Both the position numbers and the translations under genes were made by a program. The notes beneath the pieces are model-generated. The model searched no databases, was not told where the DNA came from, and saw nothing but the letters and a program-made list of their open reading frames with translations. From the human T2T-CHM13v2.0 reference genome, Homo sapiens, in NCBI RefSeq assembly GCF_009914755.1, contig NC_060944.1: a stretch of 64,000 bases of DNA; one strand, 5' to 3'. Positions 1 through 12,764 of this stretch are shown here, one piece after another. How positions within the stretch are numbered: position 1 is the first letter of the stretch; the number at the start of each line of letters is the position of its first letter.

Positions 1-659
1 GGTCCTGGACTTGGAGGTAGGCCTGAGGCCAAGGGAAGGGACAAGTGGGCCTGGAGAGCTCTTTGGCTAAAGAGGAGAGCGACTGAAATGAACTTGGAGA
101 GACCCTGAAACTAGTTAGGCACTGACCATTGCCAAAAGATGTGCCTTGATTTGAAAGTTTACTACAAAGTGGTTTGGCTATTGGGAAAAAGTACCACTGC
201 CACCAGCCAAAACCCACATCTGCATACTTCTGTCCTGCTGCAGTACTTGATCTGCTTCCCAGTGAGAGAAATTAGATTGTTGGTTATGAACCAAATCTTT
301 CCCCATCCCTTGGGGCCATGGATGGAACTCTGACAGCATCTTAGACTGACCTCCTGGTCTCAGGGGCACCTCACTCTGGTCATAGACTTATTTTACCACT
401 CTGGCCATTAGATTAACCTATTCGTCTAATGTCAAATGTTCCAGAAACAGGTGCCATTGCCTCAAGGAGACCAGCAATGAGAAAGTGGGTCCCTAGGAGC
501 AGCCTACCCATAGCTGGAGCCCTGAGGGCCATGATCCCCCAAATCTTGTGTAGGGCAGGGGGTCTCCTAAAGCCTGATTCTGTAAACTGACCTTGCGATG
601 AGTATCAAGTGCCCATAATGACTATGTGAATTTCATTTCTTAAGCATCCATCTGTTCAT

Positions 660-1133
660 CCTGAATCTGGAACACTTTTACCCATTGAAGGAATTAAACA
701 GGAGTTGGAAAGAGTTCAGTAAGACAGGCCAAAGACTCAAAGAACATTTGGCCCAAGGTACTCCCAGAAGAGAAAGAGCTGGTGAAAATGGAGGCTGGGT
801 TCTTGGCAGCCACCTCCCAACTAGAGCAGGGAAGACAGAAGGAGATGCTAGAGAAATGATCTAGGTCCAACTGGGAAGCTGCCTTCACGCACTAGTAAGA
901 ATGAGAGACCATGCAACTCCAATCTCTAATAGACTGAAATATGGAAGCAATTAAGCTTTGCTTGGGACTGGCTAAAGGGGAATCTGAAGGTGTGCTGAGG
1001 AATTCATTGGTTAAAACCCTTCTTGTTGGGCCTTGGTTTAGTAGTTGCAGTTCTTGCATTACTGTGATGTATGATTTTTTTTATTAAATTTTCTTTGTTG
1101 TTGGCCTTACCTATGTTGTTACTGTGGAGTTAA
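660..1133 (+). other. Possible decayed ERV env/glycoprotein-like coding remnant
   Basis: Frame 3 from 936 reads EIWKQLSFAWDWLKGNLKVC*GIHWLKPFLLGLGLVVAVLALL*CMIF (Trp-rich membrane-proximal segment, then a TM-like stretch), preceded by helical charged segments in other frames; stops and frameshifts present. Confidence 0.3.
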
Positions 1134-1428
1134 CTCCAAGCTCCGAGGCTCTGGGGTGGGCACATATTCCCAGACTTTCAAATCAGCTTATTTCATCTCC
1201 ATGGCCCCTACCAGGCATAGGTGAGTATTTTAGGCTGGTTCAATGAGACATTTGTTGAAGCTTTCGGGAAAGCAGAGCTCTTTCTTCTGGGATTGCTGAA
1301 GATGAAGACGATGTAAGGCTGAAATTGCATTGGTGGCCTTGTTGCCATTGATCCGTGAAGACATGAAAAGCTGCTCAGACATAAGGCAAACACCAAGGAA
1401 AGTGGAGGGGGGATGCATGGTATAGGGC

Positions 1429-1508
1429 AAGAGAGAAGAAGAAGAGGAAGAGGAAAAGGAAGAGGAAGAGGAGGAGGAGAAGGAGAAGGAAAAGGAAAAA
1501 AACAGAGA
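1429..1508 (+). repeat. GA-rich polypurine low-complexity tract
   Basis: gagagaagaagaagaggaagaggaaaaggaagaggaagaggaggaggagaagg... Confidence 0.9.
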
Positions 1509-1594
1509 ATAATAATTGATGCAACCTTCCTTTTAGTTATTCTGTAGGGCCAGCATTTTCTTTATCACTTAAAAACAAGAGGGGAAGAAAATTC

Positions 1595-1998
1595 GTTTAG
1601 CAGTTGCTCTTGATGCCCTGATACACCATTCCCTTGGTACACTATTCCCTCACTCCTACAAGCACCTGTGACTCTGTTTGAGGACATTCTTTGAATTTTC
1701 TTGGCCCATGTACAGGCCAAGCTGGAGTTCCTGGACTTAAGAGTCTAGGGAGTATCCCAGAACTAATGACAGGTGAGAATCCATGTGTACATGCTCTAGC
1801 TTCCTCTCCCTCCTATGGGACAACTGCCCCCAGAACTCAGCTTCCAATTGTCTGAAGCGGCACCGTGCTCACGCATGCCCCTGTACTGTCTCCCTTTCCC
1901 ACACCCTTCCTGTGCTTTCTGAGATCATCTCCCAAATAAACTACTTGCATGTTAATTCTTGTCTCAGGATCTGCTTCTAGGAAACTTCAAACTAATGA
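1595..1998 (+). mobile_element. LTR16-family solo LTR (ERVL)
   Basis: 3' end cccaaataaactacttgc...cttgtctcaggatctgcttctaggaaac...aaactaa is typical of LTR16. Confidence 0.7.
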
Positions 1999-2184
1999 GA
2001 AACTCCTAATGAAGGAACTGGACTACAAACTAAAATTTCCACAAACGTTATAAAATCCAAGTTAATCTAATCCAATCAGGTTCAGGTGGAGGGCTCTGTA
2101 TGGAGATTGTATAAGTCCTTGAGGGTCTAAAAAAGTATAAAGCCTTCTCTGTCCTCAAGAGGCCTACCAGTTTGGTGAGGAGAC

Positions 2185-2662
2185 AGTGTTAGGCCATTCT
2201 TGCATTACTATAAAGAAATACCTGAGTCTGGGTAATTTGTAAAGAAATGAATGAAATTCACATAGTCATTACGAGTGCTGGGTAATTTATAATTTATAAA
2301 GAAAAAGATTTCATTAGTTCATGATTCTGCAGGCTGTACAGGAAGCATGGCGCCAACACCTGCTCTGCTTCTGGGAAGACCTCAAGGAGCTTTTACTCAT
2401 GGCAGAAGGTGAAGCAGGAGCAAGCATCTCACATGGTGAAAGCAGGAGCAAGAGAGAGGAGGGAGGTGCTACTCACTTTTAAACAGCGAGATATTGCATG
2501 AACTCACTCACGATGGTGAGGACAGCACCAAGGGGATGGCACTAAACTGTTCATGAGAACTCCGCCTCCATGATCCAATCACCTCCCACCAGGCCCCACC
2601 TCCAACATTGGGGATTACATTTCAACATGAGATTTTGGGGGGCCAATATCCAAACTGCATCA
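2185..2662 (-). mobile_element. MaLR LTR, MSTB-like
   Basis: gttaggccattcttgcattactataaagaaatacctgag...atccaatcacctcccaccaggccccacctccaacattgggg...atatccaaactgcatca. Confidence 0.9.
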
Positions 2663-3575
2663 GAGAGCTAGATAAAATATGAGAGTAAATATATCTTAGA
2701 ACTCTGATGTTGGCAGGCAGGGGCCCTGCTCTGGGGATATCTGGCTAAATGTGGCCACAATCCCCAGTTTTATGGCTCCTGAGAATCCAGAGACTTCCTA
2801 TTGATCTCTTCAAATTCCCAACAACAAACTGGGCACAAAGTCCACATCCACGGAAATTTGATCACACACAGCATTTGGAAAGCTTGGCAATTTGAGGGAA
2901 GGTTTGGAAAACTGTGGAAGTAATCACATCACTCACCTCCCAGCCATCTCCCATACTACTGAGGCCATGCCTCTTTGAGTTAATGAATCAATCCTTCCTT
3001 TGATCCTTCTCATTGTGTGATACCCTCAAGCCCTTGACTCCAGTTTGGTCCTGATTGCTTCTCCCTTGGTGAGAGGCCTGCCAGGCTGGCCAACCTTCTC
3101 CAGGGACCTTTGGAAATTGGAGTGAACAAAAATGTTCTTTTCTTAAAAACTGAAATCTAGCTTGACCTTGACTTTATCCTTGACTCCTCTCTCTCCAATA
3201 TGGCAGCAAAACTTACTGGCTCAACTTTCACAATACATCCCAAATCTGAGCACCTCTCACCTTCTCCACTGCCACACTCTGGTTTGAGCCACAGTCACCT
3301 CTTGTCTTGTTTAGTGCAATAGTCTCCTGGCGGGTGTCTGTCGCCAACATCATTTTCCACACAGGAGGCACATTTATCTTTCTAAAATTGTATGTCACTC
3401 CAGTATGTGAACTCTTCTTTGCTTCAAAGCCCTCCAGAAATTCCCATCTTATTCGGAGTGAAATACGGAGCCTTTTCATGGTAGGCAAGACCATGGTTGG
3501 CTTCCACCACCACTTTGACTTTAGCTTCTACTGTTTTTCCTTTTGCTCACTCTGATCCAGCCACAATCCCCTATT

Positions 3576-3894
<319 letters not shown>

Positions 3895-4099
3895 TGAAAC
3901 TGCCAAGCAAGCTTACACTTGGGGGATGTTGCACCTGGTGTTCCCTCTGCCTAAAATGCTTTTCCTTAGATGTCAATATGACTTCCCACTTACTTGGGAT
4001 CCCTGCTCAGAAACACATTCCTTGGCCATTCATGTAAGATGCACTTTCCACTCTCACTCTCTGATATTTTACTCTGCTTTATTCCTCCACCTAGTATCT

Positions 4100-4119
4100 C
4101 ACACACACGCGCGCGCGCG

Positions 4120-4150
<31 letters not shown>
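4100..4150. repeat. Compound (CA)n-(CG)6-(CA)n microsatellite
   Basis: cacacacacgcgcgcgcgcgtgcacacaca... Confidence 0.95.
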
Positions 4151-4694
4151 GACTCCCTCCTGGCATCTACCATTATTGTCTCCCCCTACCAGCATATAAA
4201 CTTCTTGAGATCAAGGACTTTTTGTTTTTTTCTCTTCTAATATTGTAACTCTGGTGCCAAACACATAGCAGACGTTATAGAAATATTTGCTGAATGAGTA
4301 AGTAAGTGAATTTCAACTTTGAGAAAGTGTGGGCCTCCCAGGGCTGCTCCTGAGCCTTGATCTGCAGAGATTAAAAAAAAAATTATAATAGTGATGATGA
4401 TGGTAAGGCCCATTACTTGACCTGGAGACACAAGTGAGGCTATGTCTCTTTAGCATTTAATCTTTAGCCCTAACCTACCCAGACTAATGATGATCTAGTA
4501 TTTCTCTTTGTGCTGAATTATGACTGAGCACCAGGGATTTACTCAGTCCAGTGGAGTCTGTCCTGCTTCCAGAACCCCTACAGAGAGAACAGAGGATCTG
4601 ATTAGTCACTAGCAGACTTCTGTATCCCAATGCCCTTGATCCTACAGCTGCCACACAGATGGTGCCATTGAAAAGAGGTAGCCTGACATGGTCC

Positions 4695-5248
4695 TGTTAT
4701 GGGAAAGGGGTCCCAATTTAGACCCCAAGAGAGGGTTCTTGGATCTTGAGTGAGAAAGAATTCAAGGTGAGCCCACAGTGCAAAGCGAAAGCAAATTTTT
4801 TAAGAAAGTAAAGTAATAAAAGCAGGGCTACTCCATAGACAGAGCAGCCCTAAGGGCTGCTGGTTGCCCATATTTATGGTTATTTCTAGATTATATGCTA
4901 GACAAGGAGTGGATTATTCATGCCTCCCCTTTTTAGACTATATAGGGTAACTTTCTGACATTGCCATGGCATTTGTAAACTGTCATGATGCTTGTGGAAG
5001 TGTAGCAGTGAGGACGACCAGAGGTCACTTTTGTTGCCATCTTGGTTTTGGTGTTTTTTGGCCGGCTTCTTTACTGCAACCTGTTTTATCAGCAAGGTCT
5101 TTATGACCTGTATCTTGTGCTGACCTCCTATCTCATCCTGTGACTAAGAATGCCTTAACCTCCTGAGAATGCAACCCAGCAGGTCTCAGCGTCATTTTAC
5201 CTAGTCCCTACTCAAGATGGAGTTGCTGTTGTTGAAACGCCTCTGACA
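4695..5248 (-). mobile_element. MER41A solo LTR (ERV1)
   Basis: 554 bp, TG...CA ends, 4-bp TSD GTCC (4691-4694/5249-5252); minus strand starts tgtcagaggcgtttcaac. Confidence 0.9.
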
Positions 5249-5799
5249 GTCCAAGGTCCCTTTGACCATCACTGCAAGGCTACAGGCTGTGGAATCAGAA
5301 GAACTGGGGCCTCTCTTGTTGGTGTTACACTCAGCTCTGGTGTCCCCATGTCATCATGGGTCTGGAGTCCCAATGAGGAAAAGTTGTGTTGCTTCCTCAG
5401 TCTTGGGCATGGATGAGTTTCCTCCATTTCGGGTCCTGATATTATAGGTTACAGTTGAGACTTGCATGTTTCCAAATTATGCCTGCTGTTTCTAGGGGTC
5501 TAGGCTTGGGTTGGTCCCTAGATCCCCTTGGTCCTACCACCAAGCAATAGCTCTACATCCTCGAGGGTTTTGTAAGGAAGAGCCTTTGTCAGGCCACCAA
5601 ACTCTCTTGCGGTTCCCTTTTTCTTGAGGAAATGGTGGTGATTTTTCTGATATTTACATAACCAAGAGAGGCCATGTGAGGAATTCTTCCCAAATATCTG
5701 CTCCATTTAGGAAAGAAGAAAGTGGCTGCTTTTAAATGGCTGCTTTCCTTACAGATAAACACACAGTTCTGCCTGCTATGCTCCTCCGTACTCCCTCCT

Positions 5800-5897
5800 A
5801 CCATTTATTGAGCACTTGCTAGATGGCAGACACTGTGCTAACCACACATTCACCCATTACCTCATTAAATCCCAGAAGGATCCTGAGAAGGAGGTAA
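5800..5897 (-). mobile_element. MIR fragment
   Basis: catttattgagcacttgct...cagacactgtgctaa...ctcattaaatcc. Confidence 0.6.
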
Positions 5898-5909
5898 TTT
5901 GAGGGGTAT

Positions 5910-7640
5910 TTTTATTTTGAAATACTTTATTATATTTGAAGTGAATTTCATATAGACGTCATAGAGTTAGGTCATTTAAAAATGCATTCTGTTATTGTCT
6001 GTGTTTTAACTGGTATATTTAGACCATTTACATTTAATGTAATTTTTGATATGTTATGGCTTATGTCTGCCATTTTATTTTTTTGTTTTCTGTTTGTTCT
6101 CTTGGCTTTTTGCTTGTGTTTTTTTTTCTTGCCTTCCTTTAAGGTATTCAAACATTTTTAAAGAATCCAATTTGTTTTATCTATACTGTTGAGTGTATCT
6201 TTTTGTGTAGATCTTAGTTCTTGCTCTAGGTATTGACAGAGAAGGAGCACCATCATCTCAGACAAACACTGCCACTTTAAGTTCCAGCTCCCTTACTAGC
6301 CTCATGCATTTCAAGGAAATCACTTCTCTTCTAACAACAAGCAGCCAGAAAGAGCAGACAGTAAAACACAGATAAGACAGCTTGGACACAGAAAGAGGTG
6401 GGGGAAAAGTCTCTTGGGTAACTGCCAAACTTCACCCTCATACAATGGGCCCCAGTAAAACAGTGGGCCTTAATAAGTACATTCCTTTCCCTTCAGGTGC
6501 ACTAAGCTAGGGAAGCTAAGAGACTCAGGGGATATGCCTGCAGCTGCAGAAAGATGTATGGGAACAGACACACAACTCTCCCTCCCAAATAAGCACAACA
6601 AAGAAACACAGAAGCAGGCCAAGCATCTAATAAACTCTCCCACCCTAAATCCTTAAAAACTCTTAGTCTGTGAAAAAGTGTGCCTCTGACCTAACTCAGC
6701 CAAATGCCTCTCTCAGGTTTGTTTTCTCTAAAATAAACCTGTCTTAACTGGCAATCCACCTTTCGTGTTTCTTTCCTTCTTCTTTAATTCTTACAGGTAT
6801 TACATTATATATACCTGATTATAACAGTTTCCCACTGTCAACATTTTACCAGCTTGAATGAGTACAGCAGTCTTACCTCCTATATTTCCCATTACCCTCT
6901 CCCACTTATAATCGTCTTAAATATTTCCTCTACATTCTTTGAGAATCATATTAAACAGTTATAATTTTCACTTCAACTATCAAAGATACTTTAGAAAACC
7001 TGAGAAGAAAAGTCTATTGTATTTACCCAAATTTTTGCTCTTATGTCCTTTATTCATTCCTGATATTCCAAAATTTCTTGATTTATCAGTTCCTTTCTGT
7101 TTAGAGAACTTCCTTTAGCTATTCTTTTAGGGTAGATCCACTGGCAAAAAATTCTCTTAGTTTTCTTTCATCTGAAAATGTCCTGATTTCTCCTTCATTC
7201 TTGAAGGAACTATCACTGATTATAGAATTCTGGGTTGACAATTCTTTTCTTCAGCACTTGGAAAATGTTGTGTACCTTCCTTCTGGCCTTCATGGTTTCT
7301 GATAGGAAATCTACTGTCATGTGAATTGTTTTTCCCCTGTAAGCAATGAATGACTTCTGTCTGGCTGCTTTCAAGATTTTTTTCTTTGTCTTTAGTTTTC
7401 AGAAGTTTGAATATTATGCATCATGCTGTGGATTTCTTTGGATTTGTCCTGTTTGGTGTTCTCTTATCTTCTTGAATCTGTATGTTTATGTTGTTTGCCA
7501 AATTCAGGATATTTTCAGCCATTATTTCTTTGAACACTTTGTAAATCCTACCCACTTTCTGCTTGCCTAGTGGGACACTGATGACATCAATCCTAAATCT
7601 TTTGTTTTAGTTCCACACATCCCTGAGAGTCTGTTCTTTA
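5910..7640 (-). mobile_element. Ancient L1M fragment (ORF1/inter-ORF region), split by an LTR
   Basis: T-rich antisense L1 motifs: atttagaccatttacatttaatgtaatt; tatagaattctgggttgaca; tctggctgctttcaagatttt. Confidence 0.8.
6234..6795 (+). mobile_element. LTR6A/B-like solo LTR (HERVS71-associated)
   Basis: 562 bp tgacagag...ttcttaca, AATAAA near the 3' end, perfect 5-bp TSD GGTAT (6229-6233/6796-6800). Confidence 0.8.
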
Positions 7641-8240
7641 TTTGTGTGTGTCTTATCTCAGGAAGTAATTTTGTCTTTCTAGGCTTCATTTCTTCATCTG
7701 CAAAATGGGAAAATTAATATCTGCTGTTCAATATCATGATGCTTAAATGACACTGAGTGCTCAATGTTTGTTGAATGAATGAATGAACAAACAAATGAGC
7801 AAGCTGATGGATAGAAATTTGCCAGTTTACTTGTCAGCTTTGTAATATTAAGGTAAACACTTTCTCTGGCCAGACTTCCTGATCTCTCCTCTTACCACCT
7901 CTAGGTAAAAGTCCCTTGTAGCCTATATCTGCTTTTCTCATACTGTGGGTTTGTTATCTTCTTAGCATGTGGCGGGATTTCCAAGGAGACTAGATCTCCT
8001 CCTATCTCATCCTCAGCTTGTCAGATGCTGAATAAATGGTCACCAACTACTGTGTGTCCTATTTGGCCAAAATGACTTCTGAATGCTGGTGCGGAGAGAG
8101 CAGAGGGCAGGCCTGAGATGAGCTATTGGGAGTTGGACTGTGGGGACAGCTTCCACCCCAGCCACCTCAAAATCTTGTGCTTGTGTCTTTGATATGGAAG
8201 CAGCTTGCAGTGGTGATATGCTAACATACAAGTGGGGTGA

Positions 8241-8609
<369 letters not shown>

Positions 8610-9376
8610 TAGCTTGTTGGTTTTATTGGGCAACTGATGAACTATTGTGGACTAGACTGGGTTTGATTTATGAGTGGGGTAGTACATTTATTGTGCTTCC
8701 TGAGTACTCAGTGACCTCTTATTTCTAAGTACAGTCAAGTCTTTACCAATCACACACAAAAGTACATTTGATAGAGGTTGTAAGTGGTTCAGCAAATTCA
8801 GTTCCATTTCTGGGGACAGAGCTTGGATCTCATGCTGTGATGAATTATTATGATATCTTCTTTAAGTATGAGAAGAGTATGCATAAAACGATCAGGTCTT
8901 CCATGCCCATGGGCCCTTTTAAGGGAGATTGTATCACCGTCGGTGATAAGAGATACAGGCATCAGCTGTGGACCCCCAACAGACCCAAGGGTAGACAATG
9001 TACAGGCTGGTCATGAGAAAATGTGTGCATGAGGCTCTGCTTAATGAAATGAGGTGAATAATTAGGACAATCTAACAATCTCTCCATAGAATGTCACCAG
9101 GAAGTCAGAGAAAAAAACAGCCAATAAATAATAAGGGAAAAAATAAGAAGATAAAAGGAATGAGAGAAGCAGAGACCAAATGAGAGATGAGTTATATCAA
9201 TGGTGGAGAACTCTTTGTGTCGAGGGGATCACCATACAACTCAGTTCCTGAAGCTGCCTCTCAGTCCTTTTGAATGGATCTCTGTCCCTTTGCTATGATT
9301 AAAAGAACTTGCTTTGCATAGGAAATTTACCAATATGGGATCGCCAGCCAAATCAATCAGTAAGGCCATGCTTAAG

Positions 9377-9543
9377 CCAGTGCTTCTGGGATTTGAATGT
9401 GCATACAGTTCACTTGGGGATCTTGTTAAAATGCACCTTCCAATTCAGTAAATTGGGGTGGGGCTTGAGATTCCAGTTTCTAAAAGCTCCCACCTGAGGC
9501 TGATGCTGCTGGGTTGGTGGACCACACTTTGAGAAGCAAGGGC
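9377..9543. mobile_element. MER5A (hAT-Charlie)
   Basis: cacttggggatcttgttaaaatgca...gctgatgctgctgg...ggaccacactttgagaagcaag. Confidence 0.85.
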
Positions 9544-9547
9544 CTGA

Positions 9548-9617
9548 ACAAACACCACACACACATGCATGTGCACACACACACACGAGCATGCACACAC
9601 ATGTGCACCCACACACC
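9548..9617. repeat. Degenerate (CA)n
   Basis: cacacacacatgcatgtgcacacacacacacgagcatgcacacac. Confidence 0.85.
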
Positions 9618-9764
9618 ATTCATCACCAATTAAAAGATTTGGCACAGAAGGTATCTGAAGTCCCATGGAAAACCACTAGATGATTAACTAAACTTGTTAC
9701 TTTTCACTTAGCTCCACTATAGAGCTAGAAAAAGAAAACGATGACATTAAAAAAGAGCAAATGC

Positions 9765-10117
<353 letters not shown>

Positions 10118-11005
10118 TTAAAAATTAATAATAAAGACTCTAACTTGTTAATTTTTTTATACTTTAGAACAAGAAAATTTAGTGTTTAAAAAACTATGAG
10201 AGTTTATTTAGCCTTCTGAAATTGTACCTTTAAATGTCTCCCAGGGGAAGAATCATAGAACAGTGGGGAAGAAATGCATTATTCAATAAATGGTGCTGGA
10301 AAGATAGTTTAGCAATTCGGAAAAAAAATCAATTTCAAGTCTCATCTTACTGCACACTAAAATAAATTTTAATGGACTAAAGAACCAAAATGATATAAAA
10401 AAGACTATAAAAGCACAAAAAAACTCTACTGGGGAATACTTGGTAAGGTTAAAAGAGTTGAACAAAATCGTAAAAGAAAAGTTACAAATTTTATTAAATA
10501 ACATTTAAAATTTCTGTCTGTAGCTCTTCCTGTGTCTACTCAACAAAAATCAAAATAGTTATGAAAGAGTATAAACACTACCACAATTGGAAGACAGAAT
10601 AGTTCTATTAACTCTATGCATTTGTCAAAACTCATAGAACTGTAAAAGTAAAAACTTTACATAAGCTAAAAAATAAATCACAAAAAGGATATAAAAGAAA
10701 CATAGCCGCTGAAAACACATGAACGTTAAAATACCAATCAATCAACTGGGAGAAAAGTATTCGAAATATGCACAACAAACTAAAGGTTGATGCTCTTGAT
10801 ACATAAAACTGATGCTTGATTTGGCAAGCATGATATTAATATCCCAACAGGCATATAGATGAGTAGACAAGTCACAAAAGAGAACATTTAGTTGTCTAAA
10901 ATAATAAAATGCAAATTCTCTTGTCATTGGTGTTTTATGTCCCTCCCATCAAATGAGTCCAAAATAAAAGAATAATGATATTTCCTGATGTAGATGAGGG
11001 TGTAC

Positions 11006-11904
11006 TGCAGTAGGCTAATGGCCTCCAAAGATATTCATGTCCTAATGTCTGGAAGCTATGAAAATTTCTGTCTTAGTTCGTTTTATATTGCTATAAATGA
11101 ATACCACAGACTGGGTAACTTATAAAGAAAATAAATTTATTCTTTGAAAGTTCTGGAGGCTGGTATATGAAGGTACCAGCATCTGGTCTTCTTGCTGCAT
11201 TATCTTGTAGCTTTCTTGCTGTGTCATCCCATGGTGGAAGGAAGAAAGGGAAGAGAGTGTGAAAGAGGGAGGGGAAAGGGGCCGAACTCATCCTTTTATC
11301 AGAAACCCACTCCTGCGATAACTAATTTATTCTGATATGAAAGCATTAATCCAGTCATGAAGTCAGAGCCCTCATGACCTAATTACCTCTTAAAGGTCTA
11401 CCTCTCAGCGCTGTTTTATTAGGAATAAAGTTTCCAACACATGAGTTTTGGGGGGACACATTCAAACCACAGCAGGTATTTTATAAGACAAAAGGGATGC
11501 TGCAGACGTGATTAAGTTAAGGATTCAGGGATGGGGAGATATCCTGGATTATCTAGGCAGGTCCTCAATGTAATTACAGTGTCCTTATAAGAGGGAGGCA
11601 GAGAGAGATTTGTCTACAGAAGAATGGCAGGAGATGTGATGATGGAAGCAAGATGTTGGAGTAATGCAAGCAAGGGGTCACCAGCCAAGGAATGCAAATG
11701 GCCTCCAGAATTTAGAAAAGGCAAGGAAATAGATTCTTCCTCAGAACTTTCAGAAGGAACCACCCCTGTGACACCTTGACTTTATCCCAGTGAAACTGAT
11801 TTTGAATTTCTTGCTTCTAGAAGCCATAAAAGAATAAATCTGTGTAATTTTTAAGCCCCTGAATTTGTGGTAATTTGTTACAGCAGCAATTGGAAACTAA
11901 TACA
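11006..11904 (+). mobile_element. MLT1D-like LTR with a nested MST
   Basis: taatggcctccaaagat...gattaagttaaggat...tttgttacagcagcaattggaaactaataca. Confidence 0.85.
11069..11474 (-). mobile_element. MSTD-like LTR nested in MLT1D
   Basis: tgtcttagttc...gaataccacagactgggtaa...gacacattcaaaccacagca. Confidence 0.85.
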
Positions 11905-12764
11905 TGCAGTAAAACAACCTTTCTCATACATTGCAAATGGGAGTGTCAACAATGCAACATCTTCTGCAACATTTTTATAATATGTACGAAAAGCTATGGA
12001 AATTTCATATCTAATGATTTAGTGATTCCATATCTGGGAATCTATTTTAAGGAGACAATTTAATGTAATGAAAGCAGCCCTCGTGTAAAAATGTTTGTCA
12101 TTATCATAATAGCAAGAAACTGGAAATAAATTAAATGTTCAACAGAAAAAGAAAGATTGAATAAAATTATAAACTATCTGAGAATAGATGAGAGTTAATC
12201 TATAAAATATTTATATATATTTGTAATATGGGGAAACACTATATTCTATAAATACTGTATGAATAGCAAAAGTCAAGCTAAAGATTATATATGCATCACG
12301 ATCTTGACTTTGTAAAAATACATAGAAATGAGATTGGAAGAATATAGGCTAAAGATTTATTGGGTGAGAATAATTATTTTTAGTAATTTAACTGCTCTGT
12401 CTTTTCAGATTTTCTATAATGAGTGGGTATTAGCTTTACAGTTAAATAATTATTAAAATCAGTAATTGGAAGTGGAGGGCAGAGGGCCTTCCATGCTTGA
12501 GCCTGGTGTTATGGCCAAACCTTGAAAGAGGTAGGTCCGAAGAGGTTGTTTTGGGTCAAGGCAGAGAGTTAGGAAGAAGGAGTACACAGGTCTCAAGGGC
12601 TTGGCTGGTGCAGGTGGGAGTGGCAGAACAGTGAAAGGTGACAGTCTATTAAGGAGAGGAGCTGGTTTGATCGAGGAGAGAGCTATGGCAACTTGTTAGC
12701 AGATTTGAGAAAAATTAGATTTCACTGTTTTGAAAGATGTCTTGTTAGAAAGAGGAATAGAGTA

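Larger units (their letters stand above)
10240..12450 (+). mobile_element. Ancient L1ME-like 3' fragments, interrupted by MaLR LTRs
   Basis: ttattcaataaatggtgctggaaa; atctgggaatctattttaagga; ataatagcaagaaactggaaa. Confidence 0.65.
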
